From IMG/VR virus record IMGVR_UViG_3300001201_000002, positions 1 through 64,000 of that record: a DNA stretch of 64,000 nucleotides. The stretch is one strand, 5' to 3'. Position 1 is the stretch's first letter; each line of letters opens with the position of its first letter. Source of the stretch: a virus. This document shows positions 41,957-52,206 of the stretch, piece after piece. Made by a program: the position numbers and the translations under genes. The notes under the pieces are model-generated. The model was not told where the DNA came from. It did not search any database and saw only the letters and a program-made list of their open reading frames with translations.

Positions 41957-44900
41957 TCAATCCTTCGCCCAGTCGATCAAGTTAATCCATGGGTTGAGAT
42001 CTGGGGCGCCAAAGAGCATGTCTGAGCCTAATGAGTAGTCCAAACGACCATCCGCCGCCACAGAGAGCAAGTTGTCGTCTACGGGCGAGCCCACGTCCTC
42101 AGCCAGGCCACCAGTGATCAGAGCACCCACAGGATTGTTCTGCAAGGTCTTCAAACCAATCTTCATGATCCGGATCTTAAACGCAAGGAACCAAGATCCA
42201 CCCATAGACTCCAAGTAGGAACGTGTGCGGCCCGGCAATACGGAGAAGTTCACAAACTCTTCGTTCACCTCTTGCATCGCTTCATCGTGAGTCTTGCCTT
42301 GCTCAACCATGTGATCGTAATAGATGGCCTTCGCAATGAAATCACCATACTGGACCGACTTGTTCGCAGCCTTGTAGATAGGCGTGTCACGGCTCACCAG
42401 AGCGTATTTGGCGACTGTCTGTAGTTTTCCTGGCAAACGATCCAGTTGACCCTCGACGTAGTCCACAATACCTCCGCCAGTTAGCTCTTTGTCCATCTCA
42501 GTGATACCCTCGGAGATGTTCTTGTAAGCACCGGCTGCAACCAATGGAGCGATACTCATACGAGCGTTTTGATCCCAAACAGCCTGACGCTGCTTCTGCA
42601 GGATCTTCACTTGGTTCTTGTCTGTACCGGCCAGCTGGATACGTGCATTGAGTTCGATAATCTTGGTCACGTTCTCGTTGTACTGCTCGATCTCAACTAA
42701 CTTGGCGCGTGTGCCCTTAACGATGGATTTAACTCCGACACCACGAGTCGCCAACTGCAACATGTTAGCCTGAGCGTTCATGAATGGGACAACCAAGGAA
42801 CGAACAACAATCAAATCTTTCGCACTAGAGATGACGCCCTGAGTACCTTCTTCAATCTGGCTGAGTATAGGGATGGCCTTATCCCCTAGCAGTGCTTTAG
42901 CGGTGGCACGAACTGTTGTCTGTACTCCCTCTGGGAGGCGTGTCTTTCCGGACCACACATCAACGATTGAAGGTTCACGGTATCCTGTGGTCAAATTGAC
43001 CATATCCTTGCGGATCATGAACCCACCTTCTTCACCGAAGATCTCTTCGATCATCAAACGAGTCTCAGGAGAAATCACGTTCCAGCTGTCTGCGAAGATC
43101 GGATCATCTGACTTGCTCATATCAACGAACAGGCCATCAGTGCCTTCCTCACGGTTGTCGTAGATGTCTTTGACAGCCTGGATAAGCTCAGCGTTGTATT
43201 TACGTGCGAACTGCTCTTCAGCCTGGCGACCGGCCCATGCACCAACCATGAGAGCCAGGTTAGAGCGAGGAGCTGTGTATGCCTCTTTTAGATCAGGGTT
43301 CAGCGCTCGCTCATAACCAATGACACCATCAGCATCGAATACTGGGATCAGGACTTCTTTATCATCAGATACGTCACCCAACTGCTCAAGCTTAGATGTG
43401 ATGGTTTGAACCGATGCAGCATCGTTAATGTAGCCGGATGTGGTCCCATTCACAGACTGTCCCGTATCAGCATCAACACCACGGTATGAAGCCTGAACCG
43501 ATTGGATAACTCCCTGGGAATACATACCGCCCTGTTTTACGGTCGTTGCATAGTACCCGTAGGTGTTTGAAGAAAAATCCAGATCCGCGGATGCGTCAGC
43601 AACCCGTGTGAAACCTTTGCGAACCAGACTATCCATGTCTTTATCGTTACGGATGACAAGCTGGGCTCCACCAGAACCTTGATCAGGAATGAAGCCTTTG
43701 TATCCATTCATCTGGGCTTCTGTAGAGACAAGACCCTTTGTAATTTTGTCCTCTTCCTGACGGTTAAGGCCTTGCATGTAGACAACCAGAGCAGAAACAC
43801 CATCGGGATCTGCGTTGTAAAGGTCGACAATCTCCTGCTTAGCCTCGACCGACTGCCCCTGCAGAGCATACAGAGAGATGAGCTGGTCGATCTCAGCAGT
43901 CATGTTCGCATCGAACTCAGTTGTGATCTTGTTGATCGCGTATGCGTTCTTCAGCATCTGGTGACCGGCGCCATTCCCATTCATGAAGTTGGCCAGCTGT
44001 TGAGCCTTAGTCAGAACGAAGTCCGCACCGTCCTTGGAATAGTTGGCTACGATCGCTTTCTCAGCAGCTTCGATCTTCTTGGTTAGACGAGCCTCGCTCA
44101 TAACCAGACCAAGAGAAGCATTTGGGTTGTTCACATCGAACAAAGCCGCAAAGTCAGTCTTGCCTAGAACAGCGTGCATTGTTTTCCACTGATCTGCAGT
44201 TGGCTTGTTCTCGAAAGCACCTGCCAGAATGTTAGGCAGATCTTCACGGAAAGCCTGGCGCACAGAAGAAACCGCATAGTTGGTACGGTCGAGCAGAGCA
44301 ACAACGCTGGAGTTGATGGAGTCTGTGCCAACAACCTCTGTGACGAACTCACGGATTGGAACGAAGTGATCGAGAGCCTGTCCGAAGTGTGTGACATCTT
44401 TCAGACCTTTGGCAGCCAGCTTGCTACGATCCTCGGTCAAGAATGAAGAAGCTAGAGCAACAGAACCGGTCACCGCTTGTACCAGTGCGTTTGCATCTTC
44501 GTCTTTCATCTTGCGGTCAAACTCAGACGCCCGGCCGGCCAATAGATCCATGGCTCCGGAAGTTGCTTTGTTCGCACGGTTGATGTTGCTCATCAGGCCT
44601 TTCAGAAGGCTGTACTCTTTGTCACCTTCCTGGATGATCAGCTCTTCAGCCGCAGAACCGTCTGCAGTGTCGATTGAACCAAGGACCTTAGCCATCAGCT
44701 TAGATGTGGTCGCCTCAAGGAAACCATCCAGATTGCCGTCATAGATTGGAGACTCAGGTTCAGGCAACTTGTCCAGAGCAGCGCGGAAGCCGTTAGATGT
44801 CTGAGACAGAGCCAACAGAACAGCGACAGCGTCTGACACGTCTTCATCGTTGCTTGTGTTGCCGAACATGTCCATGACAGTCTGGAAGCGCTCAGCAGAG

Positions 44901-47900
44901 TTCACAGAACCAAACATGTTAGGGCTCAGGTTAGCTGACACGTGTTCAAACATCTTGTGCAGTGCGACACCTGAAGTTGGATCGAGACGCATCTCAGTGG
45001 CCAACACAGTGTGGATCGCCATGAATGTCTGCTTCTGGTATTCGCTCATTGAGAAGCCACCAAAGTCAAGATCACGAACCAGTGACTTAGAAGAGGCCAC
45101 GTAACGGATCAGCTGATCTTGATCGACAGTCCCATCAGTTACAGAGTTGTCCAACCGTTCACGAACAAGGTCGATCCAGAAGTTAGAGAAACGCTTAGCT
45201 GCATCAGAGACTCCGTCGCCCGATCCATCGTTTCCATCACCACCATTCCCGTTGCCGCCTTGGCCCAACATACGAGTGTTGAACAGGATGTTTGAGAACA
45301 TGTCACGTGGGACAGCTCCACCCAGTACCCGGCTGATTAGGGCAATGACTTTCTTGGTCAGTGTCTGTGTTTCGGTCGCCTTCGTCTTGTTGATCAGGTC
45401 TTGGTTTGACAGGTTCCAAGCCATGAATTCGTTCAGAGCAACTGCTTTGCTCATCGCAGTTCCAGAGTTCTGGTTCAACAGGATAGAGGCAGACGCTTTG
45501 TTCGCAGCAGCCTGCAGCTCAGGAGACTCTTTAGAGAAGTCCATGCCCATAAACTCATTCATAAGCAGCTCAAGGCGCTCGACCGCTTCATCACGGTTGC
45601 CCTCATAGTGAGCCAGAACCTTACCGAATGTCGCCAAGTGGACCAGTTCGTGGGACATGGTCTCAGCGTTGTTGTTGACCATGAAGATCACGTTGTTCTC
45701 AACATCGTACATGCCGTTCGCATCGACCAGAGTTTGGCCGTCAGTTGCGAAGTTCTCACGACGGTAGTCTTGAAGCATATCCAAAGGACCGGTCACCACA
45801 CGAGCACCCTCAGGGATCTCTGAGCGAATTGCTTTCAGAACCTGACGGATCTCTGCAGATTTGGTTGACTTCAGAAGAGCATCAATAACAGTCGTCGCCG
45901 GAGCAACGCCCACTGTGTTGAATTCACCTTCCACAGCTTCACCTACTGGAGTGTCTGACTCCATGCCGATGTCAGTCTCATTGTTGAAGACTGCGTCTGG
46001 AACGTTGTTGATCTCACGACGGATCATGTGGTTGATCTGGGCCAAGTCCGCTTCACCTTCGCCGCGGGTGTATGCAGAATTTGAGCCACCCATGTGATCG
46101 ACGGAGACTGGGATGTTCTTGAATGCCGCCTTACGTGCTTGGTTCTGTTTGTGCATTTCTTGCACAGCTTCCAGCAGTTCTTGAGCATTCAGAGCAGTTA
46201 CGCTGGTCTTGTCCGCAGCCTCTTTAGTAGCAGCAAATGCCGCTTCCAGGAGATCGCTATCGTCACCGACAGACTCAAGGAATGTGGAGAAGTCAGCTTC
46301 TACGTCTGCCAGGACATCACGGTCCCAGTTCTGCATCACAGCTTCGTTGATCTGGTTTGCATAGCTAAAGACTTTATTGATAGGCATGTCGATCCCGTCA
46401 AAGACAGGAAGCGTATCAGTCGGCGCATTGTCTGCAGAATAGATCGTGTTCATCATCATCGCGTCACCACGACCGATTGACAAATATGGGATCACCTTGA
46501 CACCGGCCAGTGCCGGCTGAGCCATAGTCGCAGGCATACGAAGAGCACCGTCCATTGTGGAAGAGAGCTCGATGTTTGAGGCAGCAGGTTCGAATGAACC
46601 AACAGCAAGGGTCTGTGTGCCGTTGGAGTAAGTCGGAGCATAGGCCCGCAGTTCACGAACAAGGTTGTTGTAGTCGCGGTTGCTCAGCTCAGAGATGATA
46701 CCCTTGCCTTGCTTGTTGCGACGTAGCTTGCCTTCTGATGCACGCTTCTCAGCCAGCTCTTCCAAACGACGCTGGAACAGGGCTTGCAAGAAGTTGGTCT
46801 GGACATTGGTCAAGAATACCAGAGCATCGTTCACGTTTGTGATCTTATCACCGATCACCTTCTTAGCAGTGGTCGACAGGATGTCACCAAGGCCTTTGGT
46901 TACAGTGTCTTCGAAGCGCTTCATTGACTCTCCGTCGAGGAAAGTAGAACGCCAGTCTTCACCCTTCACGAGTGTCTCACCGAAGATCGTTTTGAAGTCC
47001 TCAGCTAGGTTTGGATAACCAAGGAATGAGGCAGCATCTTGGCCCGCTGGGACCTTCAACATCTGCTCATAGAACTCAAGGACCATGTCCTGAGCGATGC
47101 CGGCAGCCACACCACGAACCCCAGATCCGTAGACAGTCTTGGTCATCGGAGACTTGGATGTGGAACGTGTCATCTCGTATTGGCCGTCTGAGATCTTCAG
47201 GTCACCGAATGCCGCAGAGAAACGAGCCACCGCATGGAGCATAGCTTTTTCGTTACCCTTAGCGTTGCCGATCCGTGTTGCCAGTTCACGCTGGGCTGTC
47301 TTGGATGTCACTTCGTAAAGGTCAACCTCACCCTGAGTGAATAGTTCATTCAGAGTTCCCTCAGTTGTGCCGAGGAAGAAACCAACACGCTGGAAGTTCT
47401 CAAAATCAGACTGGGTCAATTCACCTTGGCCGAAGTTGCTCATCATGTTGGCTGGGCCATCAGTCTTACCGTCAAGCTCGAAGCTCATGGTTGTGTTGAA
47501 CTCAGCCTCTGTGCCTTTGGCTACTGCAAAGCGATACTGAGCGACTGCAACCACAGCAGAGATCTCAGCCATTTCAGCAGTGCCGATAGCTTCACCGAAT
47601 GCCACGCTGTCAATCTCACCGGTCTCAACCCACTGTTGGGCTAGATCAGTTGCCTCACCGAAGCGCTCATTGAAAGCAGCCTCTACGTTTTCAAGGATCA
47701 TCTTATGGTCTTGGTTCTCAACTTTGAACAGATCTGCAGCCTGAGCCACAGTCAACCAGAACGCATCTTTGTCAGCCTGGTTTGTCATGTCCAATGTGGA
47801 GTGAGTCGGTGTCACCATCGCACGAAGGATCTTGTTGTTCTGAGGGTTGATGCCCTTGAACTGATGACGGCCAACTTTAGAGATGCCGACCGGGTAGTAA

Positions 47901-50900
47901 ACCGGAACAGCTTCATCTGAGTTCTGGCCATTGATTGCATCAACCAAAGCCATCGCATCTTCAAAGTCACGCTCGATAGACAGGTTCTTGCCTGTGATCG
48001 AAGCCTTTAATGGGTGCCCATCAGAGAGGTCTGTAGCATCGCGGAAACCAAGAACGTTATTGAGGACAGGGAAACCGAGAGCAGAAACAAAACCAGATAC
48101 GCCTTCGCTAATGAAGTGAGGAGTGTCCTGCATGCGCTTGAGAGCAGCTTTCTCGATTCCTGAGAGCGGTACTGACGAGCGGTTTTGATTGCTGCTAGTC
48201 GTTGCGATAGGTGTTCCGATTGACGGTCCATTGGTATCCTCCGGAGCTACAAGCTTAGCAACAGAGTCACGGGCTTCAAGGCCGATCTTCTCCTGCATCT
48301 TCTTCAGTCGTTCGATGTTGATCGTCTTGGCAGTCACCAACTTGCCATCTTTACGGACAGGCAGATCAGTCATTTCGATAAGACCGATGTCTGCAGATAC
48401 AGAAATCAGTTCCTTGACCAGAGACTCCACAGCACCACGGGAGTTGATGATTGGGGCGTCCTTGGCTTCTGTCATGTTCCAGATCTTCAGAACAGAGCGA
48501 GCCACTGACTCAGATACCTGGCGAGGAGAAACACCAAACATCAGGTCACGCATATTCTGGTCTGTCAGGTCTGAGAAGTTCACACCCATATCTTCCAGAG
48601 TATCGTCCATCAGGGCAGGGTCTGTAGCGCGAGCAGAGCTCATCCAGTCGATCAGTGCAACAGTTGCCATGGACAACAGAGCCGGGTCGTACTGGCCTGT
48701 CTCAGGGTTCACAAACATGGTGTTTTTGTACTGACGGATCGCTGTAGGGTCGACGGAGTCAGATGCCAAAGCTTCAGCCACAGTGTGGTTCTTGTCGAAC
48801 TTCACAGTCTTCAGACGTTGGTTCATACGCACGGAGATTGGACGCAGGAGAGCCTTAGCAATCTGCTTGTATTCAGGGCTTTGAACCTTCCCAATCAGAG
48901 AAGCACCATCAGTGTAATCGACCTCAGCACCAGTTGGTGTGAAGGAGTCTTGGAAGATCTGAGGCAGCTCATATGTATCACGGTCTGATACAACTTCTTG
49001 AGCAGCAGCATCCTCTTCAGCTGTTATCGCCTCCTCAGTCGCATCCGCCGCTGGCGCGTCAGAAGCTTCTTCGATCGCCTCTGGTGCCGTTGTGTTGTCT
49101 GGCTCTACTTCTGTTTCTTGGACTTCTTGTTTTCCGTCCGAATTCGTTTCTGTGTTGCTTTCGTTTTCTGCAACCGGGTCAGTGCTTTCTTCTTGTAGTG
49201 TCGGGCCTTCATTTGTGTTCTCGATGTTCAGGGCTGGTACTGCAACCTCACCAGCAGGAAATAGTTCAGGGAATGTGCGAGCCAAGGTGTTGTAGACGTT
49301 GGCAGCTGCACGAGCATCATTCTCAACCTCTTGAGCAAACCTGACACCATTCAATTTGTGGCCTTGATAGGTTACCGGGCGAGCAGATCCAGCTTCACCA
49401 GGGTTGACCATCTTACGGCCTTTGAGGCTTAGAGAGCGGAATGATTGCTGAGTACCCTTACCTTTAGAGTCTGCTTCAGCAGCAGATCGAGACAAGGCAT
49501 CAGTCTTGTTTGTCATGTGCTCAACGAACTTGGCGAATTCAGATGCCACTTCAGCGACTGGAACCAAAACACCATCAGATCCGCTGACTTCTTTAGTCTC
49601 AGACTGGGCACCTACAAAAATGTCCGCAGCAAAGTCATTGATTGACCGAGCACCTGCAAAACCACCCACCTGGATGGAGCGTGAAGCGTCTTCGATCTTC
49701 ATTTCTGGCTTCAGACGATTAGGGTTTGCTTGGTATGCTGGCTTTTGGCTCAGAGCAACACGTTCGTTATTGGAGATCTCAACTTGCTGACCCATGTGAT
49801 TGTTTACAGTGGTCGCAATTTCAGATGCCGCACGAAGAAGCTTTACTTCCTCGTCAGAGACAGTGCCGGCAGGTTGCTTGAGGATCTTGTTCACAAACGA
49901 AGGATTGACGTTAGCTGGGTTGACCTTGGCAACCTCAACAGCAGAACCGATCTCTGTGTCGTTCAGTTCTGTGTTTTCGCTTTGGGTCTCATTTAGGTTT
50001 GTGTTCTCGAATTCGCTACGAACAAATGTCGTTGCTTCTTGGCTGTATGCCTTTACCGCGGCGCCGGCAGCTTTGACTTTGTCGACGACTTTTCCTGCAG
50101 TGGTGCGAGTTGAGATGCTTTCTCCTTTGGATGGGGCATTACCAAACAAATCAGGGAAAGCACGGATGCTGTTTACACCGCTCTTCTTGACGTTCCCGTC
50201 GATGATGACAGGAGTCCCATCAGCAGTCGTACCGGCATTTTCAATTGTCGCATCATCCCACAACAGACCGTCTTTCTGGACAACTGCAGCGATAGGATCA
50301 GACTCAGCTTGAGTGGAGATTGTCTGTACTTTAGGCATGACTTCCACGATCAGGTTTCCTACCCGTTGGCGAGCAATAGGCTTCAAAACATTGGGGTGAT
50401 CCAGGTAGCCTTCCTGATACTCTTCCCCGATACGAATAACGACGTCAGGGTCAGATGTGCCCATAACAACACGGCTTTGTCCGCCACCAAGCTTCTCGGT
50501 GATCGCGTATCCAGCCTCATTCAACAGAGCCTCGACATTCCCCAGATCAGGAGAAGCCGCGATTGTCTGTGCAGTTGCATCGTTGGTTTCTTGATTGAAA
50601 GCAGAACCAGCTTCACTTACTTCAGCGTTACTTTGGCCAGCAGATGCACCAACCATCTCACTGAACTCAGGAGAAACAGGCTGAGGTGTCTCAGGAGAGT
50701 ATGTCTCGATACCAGGAGTGACTGTCTCTGTGGTTTGGCTTAGACGCACCGCTGGTATCTTATCCGCAGCTGCCTTGATGATTCCAGGAACTGAACTGAG
50801 AGCATTGATCCCAGTGCCACCAACACGAGCCACTTGGCCCGGTCCAGCAAGGACACCAGCCATACCAGCTCCACCAATGGCACCAGTTGCGATTTGCTCA

Positions 50901-52171
50901 CCAACACTTTCAGCCAAAAGCTGTGAAGGATCCACTTGGTTCTGAATTGCTACGTTCTGGTTGAACTGAGCTGAACCACCTTGGAGACCTTCTTCCAGAG
51001 CCTGCTTACCAAGCTCGGAGAACTGATCGACCATGTTACCACGCATTGTGGTGATAGGAGCAGCGTTGAATTTGCCGGCCCCTGTCGCCAGTGTCAGGGC
51101 AGCAGCTGTAGGGAATTGACGATGGAAGGCTTCCAAACCAGCAGAAGCAGCGACCAACTCTTGAGCACGGGCAGGATCCATCCCACCGTCGATGAATTCA
51201 ATGAACTCAGGAGAGCCCATCATGTCATCAAAAGAACGGCCCATCACTGCGTTGACAGTGTCCGTGTAAGCACCTGAGGCTTCTGAAGCACCAACACCTG
51301 CAGCGACACCCGCTGACGTGATGAACTTCTGGCCAGTAGAAAGAGGATCAACACCGAGTGCATCTGAAAGACGTGTGGCCAGTTTACCTGTCCCAGCGGC
51401 AATTTTAGCTGAAGGCCCTAATGAACCAAGAGCCTGAGCAATAGTGTCAGTGACCAGAGCACCGTCGGAAAGAATGCGCTCACCAGTGTTCAGAGTGTCA
51501 CGACCAATACGGGCAACTGAAGCCATAAACTCAGAACCACCTTCGGCAACATCCCGCTCATACTGGGCAAGAGAGTCGGCCGCATCCAGTTGAGCTTCTA
51601 CGTTAGATAGGTTCTGACGGTCGAGGAATTCCTGAGATTTTTGATCATTCAACCAGTTGGTTGCAATATCTGTGCCTTGCGCGATAACAACAGAACCACG
51701 TTGAAGGAGTTCGTTCTTCGTATCCACACCTGCGGCAATTTCATCATTGACAGCAGAGCCTACAACATCGCGGATGTTATTACCTGACCCGGCAGCCGCA
51801 AGAGCTGTTGAAGCAAGGCCACCTACCATAGAAGTCAGGCCGCCCAATGCACCGAGAGCTACATCACCAGCTTGTTGGCCAGTTGTACGTTGCGCATCTT
51901 GAACACGACGCTGTTCTGTAAGTTCCTGAGAGATGTTTCCACGTTGGTTTGCAATCTGTTCGCCATACTTAGCGACGAGCTGACCATGTGTCATTTCAAG
52001 AAGATCACGTCCCAATCCTTCTTCGGTCAGGTCATTGCCTTCACGAGAGGAAACAGCAAGCTGCTCTACCAGCGGAGACCCAGACGACAAAGCTTCCGCC
52101 AAGGTATCACTTGGGGAAGCTTCTAGGAACGCTGGATCACGCAGTGGCGAATTCAGGTACGTGTCTGACAT
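41957..52171 (-). CDS. virion-encapsidated RNA polymerase (N4 gp50-like vRNAP), 3404 aa
   Basis: Giant ORF with a central T7-like RNAP domain. SKVGRHQFKGINPQNNK is the DxxGR-type block. FELDGKTDGP is motif A (~47471). TRSTSKSPMTKTVYGSG is motif B (~47121-47171). LPVFDGIDM is motif C (~46388-46405). Confidence 0.95.
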   Translation of the reverse strand: MSDTYLNSPLRDPAFLEASPSDTLAEALSSGSPLVEQLAVSSREGNDLTEEGLGRDLLEMTHGQLVAKYGEQIANQRGNISQELTEQRRVQDAQRTTGQQAGDVALGALGGLTSMVGGLASTALAAAGSGNNIRDVVGSAVNDEIAAGVDTKNELLQRGSVVIAQGTDIATNWLNDQKSQEFLDRQNLSNVEAQLDAADSLAQYERDVAEGGSEFMASVARIGRDTLNTGERILSDGALVTDTIAQALGSLGPSAKIAAGTGKLATRLSDALGVDPLSTGQKFITSAGVAAGVGASEASGAYTDTVNAVMGRSFDDMMGSPEFIEFIDGGMDPARAQELVAASAGLEAFHRQFPTAAALTLATGAGKFNAAPITTMRGNMVDQFSELGKQALEEGLQGGSAQFNQNVAIQNQVDPSQLLAESVGEQIATGAIGGAGMAGVLAGPGQVARVGGTGINALSSVPGIIKAAADKIPAVRLSQTTETVTPGIETYSPETPQPVSPEFSEMVGASAGQSNAEVSEAGSAFNQETNDATAQTIAASPDLGNVEALLNEAGYAITEKLGGGQSRVVMGTSDPDVVIRIGEEYQEGYLDHPNVLKPIARQRVGNLIVEVMPKVQTISTQAESDPIAAVVQKDGLLWDDATIENAGTTADGTPVIIDGNVKKSGVNSIRAFPDLFGNAPSKGESISTRTTAGKVVDKVKAAGAAVKAYSQEATTFVRSEFENTNLNETQSENTELNDTEIGSAVEVAKVNPANVNPSFVNKILKQPAGTVSDEEVKLLRAASEIATTVNNHMGQQVEISNNERVALSQKPAYQANPNRLKPEMKIEDASRSIQVGGFAGARSINDFAADIFVGAQSETKEVSGSDGVLVPVAEVASEFAKFVEHMTNKTDALSRSAAEADSKGKGTQQSFRSLSLKGRKMVNPGEAGSARPVTYQGHKLNGVRFAQEVENDARAAANVYNTLARTFPELFPAGEVAVPALNIENTNEGPTLQEESTDPVAENESNTETNSDGKQEVQETEVEPDNTTAPEAIEEASDAPAADATEEAITAEEDAAAQEVVSDRDTYELPQIFQDSFTPTGAEVDYTDGASLIGKVQSPEYKQIAKALLRPISVRMNQRLKTVKFDKNHTVAEALASDSVDPTAIRQYKNTMFVNPETGQYDPALLSMATVALIDWMSSARATDPALMDDTLEDMGVNFSDLTDQNMRDLMFGVSPRQVSESVARSVLKIWNMTEAKDAPIINSRGAVESLVKELISVSADIGLIEMTDLPVRKDGKLVTAKTINIERLKKMQEKIGLEARDSVAKLVAPEDTNGPSIGTPIATTSSNQNRSSVPLSGIEKAALKRMQDTPHFISEGVSGFVSALGFPVLNNVLGFRDATDLSDGHPLKASITGKNLSIERDFEDAMALVDAINGQNSDEAVPVYYPVGISKVGRHQFKGINPQNNKILRAMVTPTHSTLDMTNQADKDAFWLTVAQAADLFKVENQDHKMILENVEAAFNERFGEATDLAQQWVETGEIDSVAFGEAIGTAEMAEISAVVAVAQYRFAVAKGTEAEFNTTMSFELDGKTDGPANMMSNFGQGELTQSDFENFQRVGFFLGTTEGTLNELFTQGEVDLYEVTSKTAQRELATRIGNAKGNEKAMLHAVARFSAAFGDLKISDGQYEMTRSTSKSPMTKTVYGSGVRGVAAGIAQDMVLEFYEQMLKVPAGQDAASFLGYPNLAEDFKTIFGETLVKGEDWRSTFLDGESMKRFEDTVTKGLGDILSTTAKKVIGDKITNVNDALVFLTNVQTNFLQALFQRRLEELAEKRASEGKLRRNKQGKGIISELSNRDYNNLVRELRAYAPTYSNGTQTLAVGSFEPAASNIELSSTMDGALRMPATMAQPALAGVKVIPYLSIGRGDAMMMNTIYSADNAPTDTLPVFDGIDMPINKVFSYANQINEAVMQNWDRDVLADVEADFSTFLESVGDDSDLLEAAFAATKEAADKTSVTALNAQELLEAVQEMHKQNQARKAAFKNIPVSVDHMGGSNSAYTRGEGEADLAQINHMIRREINNVPDAVFNNETDIGMESDTPVGEAVEGEFNTVGVAPATTVIDALLKSTKSAEIRQVLKAIRSEIPEGARVVTGPLDMLQDYRRENFATDGQTLVDANGMYDVENNVIFMVNNNAETMSHELVHLATFGKVLAHYEGNRDEAVERLELLMNEFMGMDFSKESPELQAAANKASASILLNQNSGTAMSKAVALNEFMAWNLSNQDLINKTKATETQTLTKKVIALISRVLGGAVPRDMFSNILFNTRMLGQGGNGNGGDGNDGSGDGVSDAAKRFSNFWIDLVRERLDNSVTDGTVDQDQLIRYVASSKSLVRDLDFGGFSMSEYQKQTFMAIHTVLATEMRLDPTSGVALHKMFEHVSANLSPNMFGSVNSAERFQTVMDMFGNTSNDEDVSDAVAVLLALSQTSNGFRAALDKLPEPESPIYDGNLDGFLEATTSKLMAKVLGSIDTADGSAAEELIIQEGDKEYSLLKGLMSNINRANKATSGAMDLLAGRASEFDRKMKDEDANALVQAVTGSVALASSFLTEDRSKLAAKGLKDVTHFGQALDHFVPIREFVTEVVGTDSINSSVVALLDRTNYAVSSVRQAFREDLPNILAGAFENKPTADQWKTMHAVLGKTDFAALFDVNNPNASLGLVMSEARLTKKIEAAEKAIVANYSKDGADFVLTKAQQLANFMNGNGAGHQMLKNAYAINKITTEFDANMTAEIDQLISLYALQGQSVEAKQEIVDLYNADPDGVSALVVYMQGLNRQEEDKITKGLVSTEAQMNGYKGFIPDQGSGGAQLVIRNDKDMDSLVRKGFTRVADASADLDFSSNTYGYYATTVKQGGMYSQGVIQSVQASYRGVDADTGQSVNGTTSGYINDAASVQTITSKLEQLGDVSDDKEVLIPVFDADGVIGYERALNPDLKEAYTAPRSNLALMVGAWAGRQAEEQFARKYNAELIQAVKDIYDNREEGTDGLFVDMSKSDDPIFADSWNVISPETRLMIEEIFGEEGGFMIRKDMVNLTTGYREPSIVDVWSGKTRLPEGVQTTVRATAKALLGDKAIPILSQIEEGTQGVISSAKDLIVVRSLVVPFMNAQANMLQLATRGVGVKSIVKGTRAKLVEIEQYNENVTKIIELNARIQLAGTDKNQVKILQKQRQAVWDQNARMSIAPLVAAGAYKNISEGITEMDKELTGGGIVDYVEGQLDRLPGKLQTVAKYALVSRDTPIYKAANKSVQYGDFIAKAIYYDHMVEQGKTHDEAMQEVNEEFVNFSVLPGRTRSYLESMGGSWFLAFKIRIMKIGLKTLQNNPVGALITGGLAEDVGSPVDDNLLSVAADGRLDYSLGSDMLFGAPDLNPWINLIDWAKD

Positions 52172-52206
52172 GTTTGGAGATCCTCAGAGTTGTTCTGAGG
52201 ACCCTC

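Noticed and set aside
42873-51277. Many 60-180-aa plus-strand ORFs (e.g. 43679-44086, 45147-45608, 48189-48734, 49800-50312) antisense to the vRNAP gene.
   Set aside because: These are shadow ORFs opposite a 10-kb coding frame. None has an RBS and all show low-complexity Ser/Arg/Leu-rich translations.
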